DNA of 64,000 nucleotides, taken from assembly GCA_040766775.1 (NCBI GenBank), contig JAXGPT010000008.1, positions 1,689-65,688 on the forward strand. Direction: 5' to 3'. Each line of letters opens with the position of its first letter. Position 1 is the stretch's first letter. Positions 49,629 through 59,227 of this stretch are shown piece by piece. Below the pieces are notes generated by a model. It had not been told where the DNA came from, did no database searches, and worked only from the letters and a program-made list of their open reading frames with translations. A program made the translations under genes and the position numbers. The stretch comes from Bacillota bacterium (GTDB lineage: Bacteria > Bacillota > Clostridia > Ch29).

Positions 49629-50760
49629 GAATAGCATTCGTATGCACCGAGAAACTTCCTGTCCCGCCGGTTTCCGGGGGAGCCATCCAGATATATATCG
49701 AAGGCGTGCTGCCCTATCTGTCAAAACACCACGATATTACCGTTCTGAGTATTAAGAAAGACAGCCTCCCGGACGAGGAAGTTGTCGGAAATGTCAGGTA
49801 TAAAAGGTTGATGGGGAGGACCAAAAGCGAGTACTTGAAAAACCTTAGGGACAATATTTCGAATGAATACCACCTGGTGCATGTATTCAACCGACCGTTG
49901 TGGGTAATGCCACTGAACCAGCAGGCACCCGGCAGCGCCTTCAGCCTCAGCCTGCACAATGAAATGTTTCTTCCAAATAAGATAGATAGGGAAAGGGCTT
50001 TGAAATGCATTACCACGGTGAAGTTTATCACGACGGTAAGCAGGTTTATAGCCGACGGGGTAAAGGACCTTTATCCCATTGCCGAAGAAAAGCTGAACGT
50101 TGTGTACTCCGGCGTGAATCCTACGTTATACAAACCCATATGCTCAAGGATTCATCTCCGGAGAGAAAGGAGATGCGTAAGAAATACGGCCTGGACAAAT
50201 ATAAGGTTATCCTGTTCGTGGGCGAGACCAGCCAGAAAAAGGGGCCCCACGTACTTGTCGAAGCGATGAAGAGCGTTATGGAAACCCATCCCAAAACAGC
50301 GCTCATGGTAATCGGCAGCAAATGGTACGGCGCCAATACCACCGATGCCTATACCCAGCAGCTTCAGTCCATGACGGAGAGCCTTAAGGGGCCGGTGGTG
50401 TTTACCGGTTTTCTGCCCCCTGCCGAGATACCCAAACATTTCAGCATCGGAGACATTTTTGTTTGCACTTCGCAGTGGAGGGAGCCGCTGGCAAGGGTGC
50501 ATTACGAGGCGATGGCGGCGGGGCTGCCCATTATAACAACTGACCGGGGAGGCAACGCAGAGGTTATCCGGCAGGGGGAAAACGGCTTTGTGGTTAAGGA
50601 CTTCAACCGGCCGGAGGCCATAGCGGAAAGGATTAGGTACCTGCTTGATAACAAGCATATAGCAAAAAAACTTGGCATGGCGGGCAGGAAAATCGCCGAG
50701 ACGGAGTATAACTGGGAGCGGGTTGCGAATCAACTGCTGGAACTTTTCGACAGCGTATAG
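49625..50760 (+). CDS. Group 1 (GT4) glycosyltransferase, CotSA-like; one frameshift near 50140 as read
   Basis: MRIAFVCTEKLPVPPVSGGAIQ at the start. The C-terminal half (frame of ORF 50005-50760) has FTGFLP, E.LARVHYEAMAAGLPIITTDRGGNAEVI and the GT4 E(x7)E context. Confidence 0.85.
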
Positions 50761-50776
50761 CGGCTGAGCGACTAGA

Positions 50777-51020
50777 AGCAAAGGGACGGTTCTTTTGCTC
50801 CCTTTTTGTTTCCTGTGGACCACAGCGAACCTCGTAGGGGGACGGTTCTTCTGTGTCATAGCCAAGGAGACGTTTAGGCTGGTTAACACGCCGCCAGGGG
50901 CAGCTCCTATTGGGGGCTGCCCTTTTAACTATTCGCCCGGAGACACAGAGGGACGGTTCTCCTGTGTCATGCAGGAGGACGGTCCTTGCACGTTGTGGCA
51001 CAAAGAACGGTCCTCGCGTG
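50777..51020 (+). repeat. Tandem array of five hairpin units sharing the core G(G/A)ACGGT(T/C)C (three with the full core GGGACGGTTCT)
   Basis: Unit 1 (50777-50799): AGCAAA-GGGACGGTTCT-TTTGCT. Unit 2 (50818-50857): GACCACAG...GGGGACGGTTCTT-CTGTGTC. Unit 3 (50942-50968): GACACAG-AGGGACGGTTCTC-CTGTGTC. Unit 4 (50970-50990): TGCAGGA-GGACGGTCC-TTGCA. Unit 5: core GAACGGTCC at 51005-51013. The stems differ between units while the core is kept. Confidence 0.75.
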
Positions 51021-51682
51021 TTGCTGGAAATTCTGTAAAAACTTGCTTAAATGGCAGGGAAATAATAGAAAGTGTTGAATGCTTATTTGGGATTTCAATA
51101 ATAATAAGATATTTCTGGCACTACATCACGATATATTTGGCAACTTATCCGACATAACGTATCTAAAACCACTTGTAGAGAGGTTTTTAAGACATACCGT
51201 CTGGAGACCGAGACGTCAGGTGACAATTGAATATAAATTAAGATTGTTTTGGAGTGAAATAATGGCGTGGTGGGGTGTAGATGATATACTTGCATTACCT
51301 TGTGGGTTTGATGATTTAGAGCTAATAGGGGACCATTTGTTTGTTATCGGAGTACAGAGAAATTTAGTGATGATTTTAAGCGAAAGGACTTCGCTGCGGC
51401 AAAAACATCATTATTAGGAAACAAGTCAATTGATTATTTTTTAAAACAATGCAAACTATATACCACACCCATCGGCCTAAAAGAGGTGCAATGCAGGGAA
51501 GAGCCGACATAAGAACTATCTAAGGCCGGCGGGCGTAGCAAACTCGCTGCCCATTATGCAACATGGGAGGCAAGGCCGCCGCGTCCTGCGTCGGGATATG
51601 TGAGTATGGTCTCTGGTACCTTCGCTATTGTATGTATTGACAACGCGATATTAAGAAAATTCATATTTAGAGGTGTTATTTT

Positions 51683-52069
51683 ATGCAAATAAGAAAGTAC
51701 ACAAAAGAGGATGAAGATGCTTTAATGAGAATGATTGAAGCTGAGGGCGATGAATGGGAGTGTTATTATGCGGCTGATGTTGCCGGGAAGTATAAGGATT
51801 TATTAGCAAACTCAATAACTTATGTGGCTTACGAAGACGGCATTCTGTGCGGGTATTCGCGTTCCATCAGGGATGGGGATTTCTATATCTATATTTGCGA
51901 TTTGCTAGTCACAAAGAGTTTTCGGGGACAGAATATCGGGCGAAAACTCATGGAGTGTGTATGTAAAGATTATCCCCGGCAAACTGTATTTGTGATGTCC
52001 GATGTGGATGAATACTACAAGAAACAGGGATATAGGCGAGAGGGTTCGATATTTGAGGTAAGCATATAA
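51683..52069 (+). CDS. GNAT-family N-acetyltransferase (small, 128 aa)
   Basis: LLVTKSFRGQNIGRKLME and YYKKQGY motifs. Confidence 0.75.
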   Translation: MQIRKYTKEDEDALMRMIEAEGDEWECYYAADVAGKYKDLLANSITYVAYEDGILCGYSRSIRDGDFYIYICDLLVTKSFRGQNIGRKLMECVCKDYPRQTVFVMSDVDEYYKKQGYRREGSIFEVSI

Positions 52070-52486
52070 AAAAAGAATGTATTATTCTAGGGGCAGGCGT
52101 CCTGCAGGCATCTAAAGATAGAAATGTGCTGCAATAATCCGATTGTAAACTAAATTTTGAGAAGGTGATAAGGTGGAATGCCCATATTGTCAAAAGGAAT
52201 ATGAGTATTATAATGAGAAGGGCTGGTTTAAGTCTGATTATTATTACGATATTCGTTTGGGCCCAATTCAAAGAGTGGTAGGAAGGTTTTCGGATTTCCT
52301 GGGACGAAAGTTATTTATTTAATATCTAATACAAAAACACCGCACGGACTGCGACTTATTAAGGCATTTTCGCAAGGGCTCGCAAGGCATGTTTTGGGGT
52401 ATGCGAGCGATATCCCGCCAGCCGAAGCAAGGCCTGGTCCTTTAAAGCAGTCCTGTTGGGTCTAATGTTTTTGGAGGCGGTTTGTT

Positions 52487-52930
52487 ATGGGATACAGCCA
52501 GGTCGTTCAAAAACTGGCCGCATGCGGATTGGACTGCAGCCGATGTGCAGATTACAAGAACGGAGAAATTAGGGGCACAGGTGTTAGATTATCGGGATTG
52601 CTAAAAGGCTATGAAAGGATGGCAAAAATCAGGTCGGGCGCTATTCCTGCCTTTGAAGGGTTCGGCAAATTCAAAGAAGTTTTAGAAGTATTTGCTAATG
52701 CATCATGTGGCGGCTGCAGGAGTAATGATATAAAATGTCCCATTGATTGTCATGTTAAGACATGTCATAAAGAAAAAAGGGTAGATTTTTGCTTCCAGTG
52801 CAATGATTACCCATGCAGCAACCATATAGATGAAAGGCTTAAAGCAAGATGGATGGAGAAAAACAATCGAATGAAGGAAATAGGAGTTATTGAATTCTAT
52901 AACGAGCAAAGTAGATTACCAAGATATTAA
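52487..52930 (+). CDS. DUF3795 domain (Cys-rich) protein
   Basis: CGLDCSRC, CGGCRS and C..DC.VK.C......DFCFQCNDYPC patterns. Confidence 0.75.
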   Translation: MGYSQVVQKLAACGLDCSRCADYKNGEIRGTGVRLSGLLKGYERMAKIRSGAIPAFEGFGKFKEVLEVFANASCGGCRSNDIKCPIDCHVKTCHKEKRVDFCFQCNDYPCSNHIDERLKARWMEKNNRMKEIGVIEFYNEQSRLPRY

Positions 52931-53049
52931 TAAGAAGAGGTACCGTCGATATAGCAGGGGTCTATAATCAGGCCAAAAGACATTAGAAAGCGAAAACAAG
53001 GTGCGGCTGCACTGGGTTTGATATTTATGAATTAACAAGGGGGGATTTG

Positions 53050-53475
53050 ATGGACAGCGTGCAAAGGCTTATTGATGAAAGGGTACATAAGTACTATTGG
53101 AAACATGATTTCAACTGCGCCACAACAATGCTTTTGATACTGTCGGAGATATGCGGCGTAAAACTGCAGCAGCAAACGTTGGATGCAGCAGTTGCGATGC
53201 ACGGGGCGGGAAAGTACGGTGCCCAGTGCGGGCTGGTAGAAGGCTCCCTTATGTTTATCGGCATATATGGAAGACAAAAACAAAAAGCCGATGAAAAAAT
53301 CGAGGCGGAGTGCCGTAGTTTTGCCGAAAGATTTGAAAAGGAGTTTGGCAGCCTGATGTGTAAAGTACTTCGTCCGGAAGGATTTAGACCGGATAATCCG
53401 CCCCATTTGTGCGAAGGCTTAACCAAAAGAGCTGTCAGGTTTACGCTGGATTATGTTACCGGTAACGATAATTGA
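53050..53475 (+). CDS. C_GCAxxG_C_C family protein (second copy in the window)
   Basis: HDFNCATTML, GAQCGLVEGSLMFIG, LCEGLTKRAV. Confidence 0.8.
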   Translation: MDSVQRLIDERVHKYYWKHDFNCATTMLLILSEICGVKLQQQTLDAAVAMHGAGKYGAQCGLVEGSLMFIGIYGRQKQKADEKIEAECRSFAERFEKEFGSLMCKVLRPEGFRPDNPPHLCEGLTKRAVRFTLDYVTGNDN

Positions 53476-53555
53476 ACAGCCGGGTATTTCGGCCTAAGGC
53501 GGTACCAACCGGGAGAAGGCCCTATATTACAGGGTGCTTTTAAGGGAGTACCACT

Positions 53556-53675
53556 ATGAAGATAAGCGCAATAAACGGGAGTGGTGTGGAGATTGCGGTT
53601 GTAAACAGCAGTAGGACACTATTATGTGATGCCCGGTCGGCATTGGATTTATTGATACAAGTGATTAAACCATGA
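53556..53675 (+). pseudogene. Truncated DUF4180 gene (first about 39 codons only)
   Basis: MKISAINGSGVEIAVVNSSRTLLCDARSALDLLIQV matches the N-terminus of DUF4180 proteins, which I recall as roughly 120 aa. A stop follows codon 39 and the next gene starts 5 nt later. Confidence 0.5.
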
Positions 53676-53679
53676 AAGG

Positions 53680-54102
53680 ATGTATCGGTCTATGAGCAGC
53701 GGAAAAATTAAAAAACAGCCGCCATCCATCGATGAATGGCTAAAGGAAGCAAAGGCCGATCCTGCGGCTTTGCAGCAAGGGATGTTTTTAATACATAACG
53801 GTGTTGTGCGCCAAACGCCCAAAGCCAAGGTGCGCCAGGGTATTGATGACGGTTCTACGGTAAAGGGGATGGAATTTGCCTACGATGCGGCAAAGGTTGA
53901 TGCGGCGGTTGCCGAAGCCTATAAGATGGACGGTATCTTCCATGTAAGGGTCTGGCTTAATGAAGGCCATCTTGAGCCCGGTGATGACATAATGTATGTA
54001 CTGATAGGTGGCGACATAAGGCCCCATGTTATTGATGCGCTGCAATTCCTGGTTGGAAAGCTAAAGAGCGAATGCGTCACCGAAATGGAACAGATAGGAT
54101 AA
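53680..54102 (+). CDS. MoaE-like (molybdopterin synthase large subunit fold) protein
   Basis: G.FLIHNGVVR......V..MEF.YD...........+.........V.V.+NEG.L..GDDIMYVLIGGDIR resembles MoaE. Assigned by resemblance only. Confidence 0.45.
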   Translation: MYRSMSSGKIKKQPPSIDEWLKEAKADPAALQQGMFLIHNGVVRQTPKAKVRQGIDDGSTVKGMEFAYDAAKVDAAVAEAYKMDGIFHVRVWLNEGHLEPGDDIMYVLIGGDIRPHVIDALQFLVGKLKSECVTEMEQIG

Positions 54103-54370
54103 TTTGATTAATTTTAGGATACCATACCCCTCCTGCAACTTAGAACATTGATAAACTTTCTTATAAGCACGGTCGTTTGATAATTAAAGAAATCCCGTAA
54201 AAAACCAGTATCGGTGATGCCGGCTTTTTATGGTACACTAGTATCAAGATTATTCTGCGCAGCACTAGCCTGTAGAGGCTATAAGACGGCGGTAGGATTG
54301 TGGTGGCGGCCATTTGTTGCGGGTCTTTCAGGGCGCTGCCTTGTTAGTGAAAGAGTGGAGGCGGGAAAAA

Positions 54371-54913
54371 TTGACCTTTGACGAAATGATTGTTTCAAGA
54401 AGAAGCGTAAGGCAGTATAATGACAGGGAAGTTGAAAAAGACAAAATAGAGGCTATGATTTATGCGGCGATATGGGCCCCGAACGCGGGAAACTTCCAGG
54501 TACTACGCTTTGTGGTGGTACGGGATAAAGGGACACTTGAAAGGGTGAAAATGTTCTCGCCGGGCATGCCCAGAACGGCGCCCTGCGTAATAGCGATCTG
54601 TGCCGACCTTGGGGAGGCGGAGAAAAGGGGCGGAGAGTTCGCAAAGAAAATCGTGCCGTTTGATGCGGCCTTTGCAGCGCAGAACATGCTGCTTAAAGCC
54701 CACCACCTGGGCCTTGGCACCTGCGTGATAAAGTCATACAATGAAAAGTCCATAAACCGCATTCTAAAGCTGCCCGGTGAAGTGACGGTGCTTATGCTTG
54801 TAACTGTAGGCTATTACGATACAGCACCCGAGGCGCCGGAAAGGAAAAAACTTTCGGAGGTATTACACTATGAAAGCTGGGAGAGTGAGATGAGACGGGA
54901 TGAACAGGGATGA
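54371..54913 (+). CDS. Nitroreductase family protein
   Basis: TFDEMIVSRRSVRQY, AAIWAPNAGNFQ, NMLLKAHHLGLGTC. TTG start 9 nt after GGAGG. Confidence 0.85.
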   Translation: MTFDEMIVSRRSVRQYNDREVEKDKIEAMIYAAIWAPNAGNFQVLRFVVVRDKGTLERVKMFSPGMPRTAPCVIAICADLGEAEKRGGEFAKKIVPFDAAFAAQNMLLKAHHLGLGTCVIKSYNEKSINRILKLPGEVTVLMLVTVGYYDTAPEAPERKKLSEVLHYESWESEMRRDEQG

Positions 54914-55178
54914 CCAGGCAAGGATATTTACTTTTCTTGTAACAAGTGCAAGGGGATGCGTGGACGAGCCGCCCATCTACGGGCCCGTGAGACTGCTCGA
55001 AGCCTATTCAATGCTGCTGGATATGCAAGAGCCCGGCGAAACCGATGAGTTTTATTACAGGTTGAATGAGAAGATTGAGGACCTTAAAGATATGTGCATG
55101 ATCGATGAAGGACGATTTATTGACGGGCTTGACCGGGTGATAGAGGAATTGACCGGTCATATACTGGAGGGAGAATGA
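54900..55178 (+). CDS. Hypothetical protein (92 aa), translationally coupled to the nitroreductase
   Basis: Uninterrupted ORF that overlaps the upstream stop by 14 nt and the downstream start by 4 nt. Confidence 0.5.
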   Translation: MNRDDQARIFTFLVTSARGCVDEPPIYGPVRLLEAYSMLLDMQEPGETDEFYYRLNEKIEDLKDMCMIDEGRFIDGLDRVIEELTGHILEGE

Positions 55179-56318
55179 TGAGCGTTAGTGTCAGGGATGC
55201 CCTGGGGCTGGAATGCTTTAAAGGCGTAAAGGTTATTGCGGGGGCGTCCGGCCTTGATAGGATTATAAACCGCGTAAGCGTACTGGAAAACCCCGACCTG
55301 GACGACTTTAGCACTATCATGGGAAACGGGGACTTTTATATATCCAGTTTTTATGCGATTAAGGACGACCCAAAAGCCCAGATGAATACTCTCAAGGCTG
55401 CTGGTGGATACCAATTCAAGCGGCTTGTGCCTCATCGATCTGTATATGGATGACCTTGAACCCGATATAAAGGAGTTTGCCGACAAAGCTGCTTATCCAG
55501 TCGTTATGATATCGAATTTTGTGCCCTATGCGGCGGTAATCACCGATATAATGGATGCGATAATAAAAAACAAGGAAGACACAATCACCGAGATGACCAT
55601 TCGCAGCCTGCTCCGTTCATCGGTAACCGAGCAGGAAGTAATCACCACTGCAAAAAGTATAAACGGCATGTTCCGCGAAAACATGGCAGCGTTGTATTTT
55701 AAGTGCAGTTCCAAGCAGGGAGCGAGTATCCAGGGACTAAAAAATGCTTACAGGGATAAGGACCACTGGTCTTTCTTAAAATTTGAAGAGGGTATATTTA
55801 TATTAACCAGTTTCGGTAAGGGACCAAAGGAACGCATAAATATGCAGCTGGAACAACTGGTTGAAGACATTGATTATTTTTTAGTTGATTACAGGCTTGG
55901 CATTAGCAGGGTGCACCACGGACTGGGAAGTCTTAACACGTGCATAAGGGAGGCGCTGCTTTCCTGCCAGGTGGCGGAAGGGAATAATGAAAAAAGGGTC
56001 TATTACAACAACCTCGGGGTGTACAGGCTACTTATGCTTATAAAGGACGAACCGGAACTTAAGAGGTTCCATGATGAGATAATAGTTCCTTTGGATAACT
56101 ATGACAGGCAAAAGGGTACCAGTCTTTTGAACACGGCCGTGGCCTACATTGAAAATGACGGCGATATTGGCAAAACCGCTGAAAGTCTATACCAGCACCA
56201 GAACACGATCAGGTATCGGCTGAATAAGATAAAGGAAATCCTAGACATGAAAGGTGTAAATGGAAGCTTCTACGAAAAAATATCCATTGCGGTCAAAATA
56301 CACAAGATAATGAAATAA
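55175..56318 (+). CDS. PucR-family transcriptional regulator; one frameshift near 55395-55440 as read
   Basis: N-terminal PucR domain (VRDALGLECFKGVKVIAGASGLDR.I..VSVLE). C-terminal HTH (IGKTAESLYQHQNTIRYRLNKIKEIL). Confidence 0.85.
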
Positions 56319-56496
56319 GCTTTGTCAAAATAACAAACACATCGATTTATATTTGTTGGATTTACAAAGGGAATCCGACTTGTACATAGAATTATTATTA
56401 TTCACATAAACAAAGGGCACCGCTTATTGAAAATTTATGCATGACAAATTATCCGGAGAAAGGTGGAGTAAAGCGGCTGCAGTAGGACGAGCAAAA

Positions 56497-56527
56497 CTGC
56501 GGATGAAATGATCCGCAGGTTATTTTT
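56497..56527 (+). terminator. Terminator-like hairpin inside the leader of the ABC operon
   Basis: Stem CTGCGGAT / ATCCGCAG, 6-nt loop, then GTTATTTTT. It ends 5 nt before the AAGGAGG RBS of the binding-protein gene. Confidence 0.45.
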
Positions 56528-56545
56528 ATAAGGAGGTGCATAATT

Positions 56546-58144
56546 ATGAAATTGTATTCAAAAAAATTAAGTATTGTTATGACAGTAATACTGGTCATGC
56601 TGGTGACCATGGCCGCTTCGGGGTGCGGGGGAGGCAGTACAGGACAAAACGATGCCGGGGAAGGACAGCCCAAAATAGCTTTTTATGCCTTCAAAAGCGA
56701 ACCTATACTTGATTGGGACCCGAGCGTGGAGTATTCCAATGGAATTGTAGTACTTAACAACGTATATGAGACACTGCTTAGGTATGAACCCCTAAGCCAG
56801 GAAATCATACCGGTGCTGGCTACCGAGTACACCAAAAGCGATGACGGGTTGACCTGGACTTTCAGGATAAGGGAAGGAGTAAAGTTCCACAACGGTGATG
56901 ACCTTACTGCAGAAGACGTCAAGGCATCCATAGACAGGACCATAGCTTTGGGCCAGGGGGCGGCATTTGTCTGGGACCCAGTGGAGGAGATAGTGATTAA
57001 AGACGACTATACCGTGGACTTTAAACTAAAATACCCGGCTCCGCTGGACCTTATAGCCAGTTCCGGGTACGCGGCGTTTATAATGTCCTCCGAAGCGATA
57101 GAGTCCAATCCCGAGGACTGGTTCTCCCAGGGCAATGTGGCGGGGACCGGGCCCTATACGCTTCAGAGTTTCAAAATGGGTGACGAGGTTGTCCTGACCA
57201 AGTTCGAAGATTACTGGAAGGGATGGGAAGGCGAGCACTTTGACAAGGTTGTTATAAAGAAAATCCCTGAAACCGCATCAAGGCGCCAATTGGTGGAAAA
57301 GGGAGAGGCAGACGTTACAATGGAGCTCCCCTATGAGGATATTGAAGCCCTTAAGGGCAATCCTGCCGTTAATGTGATGGAGGTGCCCTCGTTCCAGAAC
57401 CTGATTGTATTTTCAAATACCGAAAAGGCACCCCTTGACAACAAGCTGGTAAGGCAAGCCCTTTCTTATGCATTTCCATACGGGGATGTTGTGGAGTACG
57501 CAATGGGAGGTTACGCGGTCCAAGGAAAAGGACCGATACCCGTAGGGCACTGGGGTCATGGCGATGACCTGTTCCAGTACCAACACGACCTGGACAAGGC
57601 CAGGGAACTGCTTGCCCAGGCCGGGTATCCGGACGGCGGCCTGGAGCTACTGTTGACATATATGGCAGGGGATGAGGCCGAGAAAAAGGCGGCGGAACTG
57701 TTCAAGGCGGAACTTGCAAAAATAGGCATTAACTTGGAAATAAGGAGCATGCCCTGGGAGAGCCAGTGGGAGCTTTCGAGGAATCCAGACCCCCAGAAGC
57801 GGCAGGACTTACTGATAATGTACTGGTGGCCTGACTACGCCAGTCCCTATAGTTGGCTCTACAGCCTGTACCACAGTGAAGAGGAAATCCTGTTCAACTT
57901 GTCATATTGGAGTAACGCAGAGTTTGACCGGCTGATAGACCAGGGCAATGAAATGAGCGGTATAGATATTGAAGAGGCGGAAAACCTGTATATCCAGGCG
58001 CAGGAAATTCTTGTCGAAGAGGCGCCCTCGATATTTGCCTACGATAAAAAATACGTATGGGTTACAAATAGCTCCTTCAAAGGATTTAAGAGCAACCCCA
58101 TATATCCCAACGTGGTATTCTTCTATGACACATACCGTGAATAG
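56546..58144 (+). CDS. ABC transporter substrate-binding lipoprotein, family 5 (peptide/nickel type)
   Basis: Lipobox MAASG-C. Length 532 aa. Typical SBP_bac_5 blocks (NPL..L.RY, KFHNGDDLTAEDV, GTGPY). Confidence 0.88.
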   Translation: MKLYSKKLSIVMTVILVMLVTMAASGCGGGSTGQNDAGEGQPKIAFYAFKSEPILDWDPSVEYSNGIVVLNNVYETLLRYEPLSQEIIPVLATEYTKSDDGLTWTFRIREGVKFHNGDDLTAEDVKASIDRTIALGQGAAFVWDPVEEIVIKDDYTVDFKLKYPAPLDLIASSGYAAFIMSSEAIESNPEDWFSQGNVAGTGPYTLQSFKMGDEVVLTKFEDYWKGWEGEHFDKVVIKKIPETASRRQLVEKGEADVTMELPYEDIEALKGNPAVNVMEVPSFQNLIVFSNTEKAPLDNKLVRQALSYAFPYGDVVEYAMGGYAVQGKGPIPVGHWGHGDDLFQYQHDLDKARELLAQAGYPDGGLELLLTYMAGDEAEKKAAELFKAELAKIGINLEIRSMPWESQWELSRNPDPQKRQDLLIMYWWPDYASPYSWLYSLYHSEEEILFNLSYWSNAEFDRLIDQGNEMSGIDIEEAENLYIQAQEILVEEAPSIFAYDKKYVWVTNSSFKGFKSNPIYPNVVFFYDTYRE

Positions 58145-58203
58145 GAACTAAAGGGGCTATTCATTAGCCCCTTTAGTACGTTTTCCCAGGGAGGAGTTTC
58201 TAG

Positions 58204-59214
58204 ATGAGGTCTTTTATTGTTAAAAGGATTCTGCTGGGCATCCTGGTTTTATTCGGGGTGATATTGATTACCTTTATACTTACGAGGGTGATACCTTCAA
58301 ACCCTGCCGCCCAATGGGTAGGGCAGCGGGCAACCGCCGAGCAGATCGAGGCTGCAAAAATCGAACTGGGACTGGACAAGCCTTTATATGTCCAACTGGG
58401 GAGGTACCTTGCCGACCTGGCTAAGGGTGACCTCGGAAGGTCGTTGAGGTCCCACCAGCCTGTGTCCGCAGAGCTTAGGGCATACCTACCGGCTACCGTT
58501 GAACTTGTACTTGTATCCACCATAGTTGCTGTTATCATTGGTATACCCTTGGGCGTCGCATCCGCCAAGAGAAAGGACCATATGGTGGACCATGTAAGCA
58601 GGTTCTTTTCGGTGGGGGCTGTGTCGCTGCCCACATTTTGGGTGGGCATGTTTCTGCAGCTTGTATTCTACAGGTGGCTGGAGCTGCTTCCTTTAGGAGG
58701 TCAGCTGAGCATGGGCATAAAGCTGACCCAAGAAATTCCACATATAACGGGTTTTTTGATGTTTGACAGCCTAATAACCGGTAATTTTGTAGTTTTCAGG
58801 GATGCGCTGGCCCATATTATACTGCCGGGTATAACCGTTGCCCTGTACCCGATAGGCCTGGTGGCGCGGATGACCCGTTCGGCGCTGCTGGAAATACTGG
58901 ACGAGGACTATATAAGGGCAGCCCGTTCCTATGGACTGCCCGAAAGGATGGTGCTTTGGTCCTATGCGCTGAAGAATTCTCTGGGCCCGACGGCTACAGT
59001 GGTGGCGCTGTCCATCGGGTATACACTGGTAAATACGTTCCTGGTGGAAGCCATATTCAGTTGGCCGGGGATAGGAAGCTACATATCATCGGCGGTAATA
59101 AGCCTTGACTATCCCGCGATAATGGGGGTCACCATCTTTTCAGCCTGTGCCTACGTGGTGTTGAACCTTGTTGCTGACGTAATAATTGCACTGGACCCGA
59201 GAGTCCGGGTATAG
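58204..59214 (+). CDS. ABC transporter permease (DppB/OppB-like)
   Basis: MRSFIVKRIL start, EAA-loop region DYIRAARSYGL, 6 TM. Confidence 0.88.
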   Translation: MRSFIVKRILLGILVLFGVILITFILTRVIPSNPAAQWVGQRATAEQIEAAKIELGLDKPLYVQLGRYLADLAKGDLGRSLRSHQPVSAELRAYLPATVELVLVSTIVAVIIGIPLGVASAKRKDHMVDHVSRFFSVGAVSLPTFWVGMFLQLVFYRWLELLPLGGQLSMGIKLTQEIPHITGFLMFDSLITGNFVVFRDALAHIILPGITVALYPIGLVARMTRSALLEILDEDYIRAARSYGLPERMVLWSYALKNSLGPTATVVALSIGYTLVNTFLVEAIFSWPGIGSYISSAVISLDYPAIMGVTIFSACAYVVLNLVADVIIALDPRVRV

Positions 59215-59227
59215 GGAGGTGTACAGC

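Noticed and set aside
50777-51020. Possible CRISPR array.
   Set aside because: The units are 21-40 nt hairpins with irregular spacing (by my core positions 56, 111, 26 and 28 nt between cores). The flanks are not identical, there is no repeat-spacer periodicity, and there are no cas genes in the window.
50633-51157. ORFs 50633-51001 (-) and 50795-51157 (+) spanning the hairpin array, with peptide strings such as DTGEPSLCV and DTEGRFSCV.
   Set aside because: They are produced by reading through the repeated GGGACGGTTCT hairpins. They have no start context and no protein-like composition.
51420-54110. Integron-like gene cassette array (small same-strand genes separated by structured spacers; GCCTAA-like strings in two spacers).
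   Set aside because: There is no intI gene and no consistent attC architecture (paired R''/L''-L'/R' sites ending in GTTRRRY) that I could align between spacers. The spacer similarity is weak and limited to two spacers.
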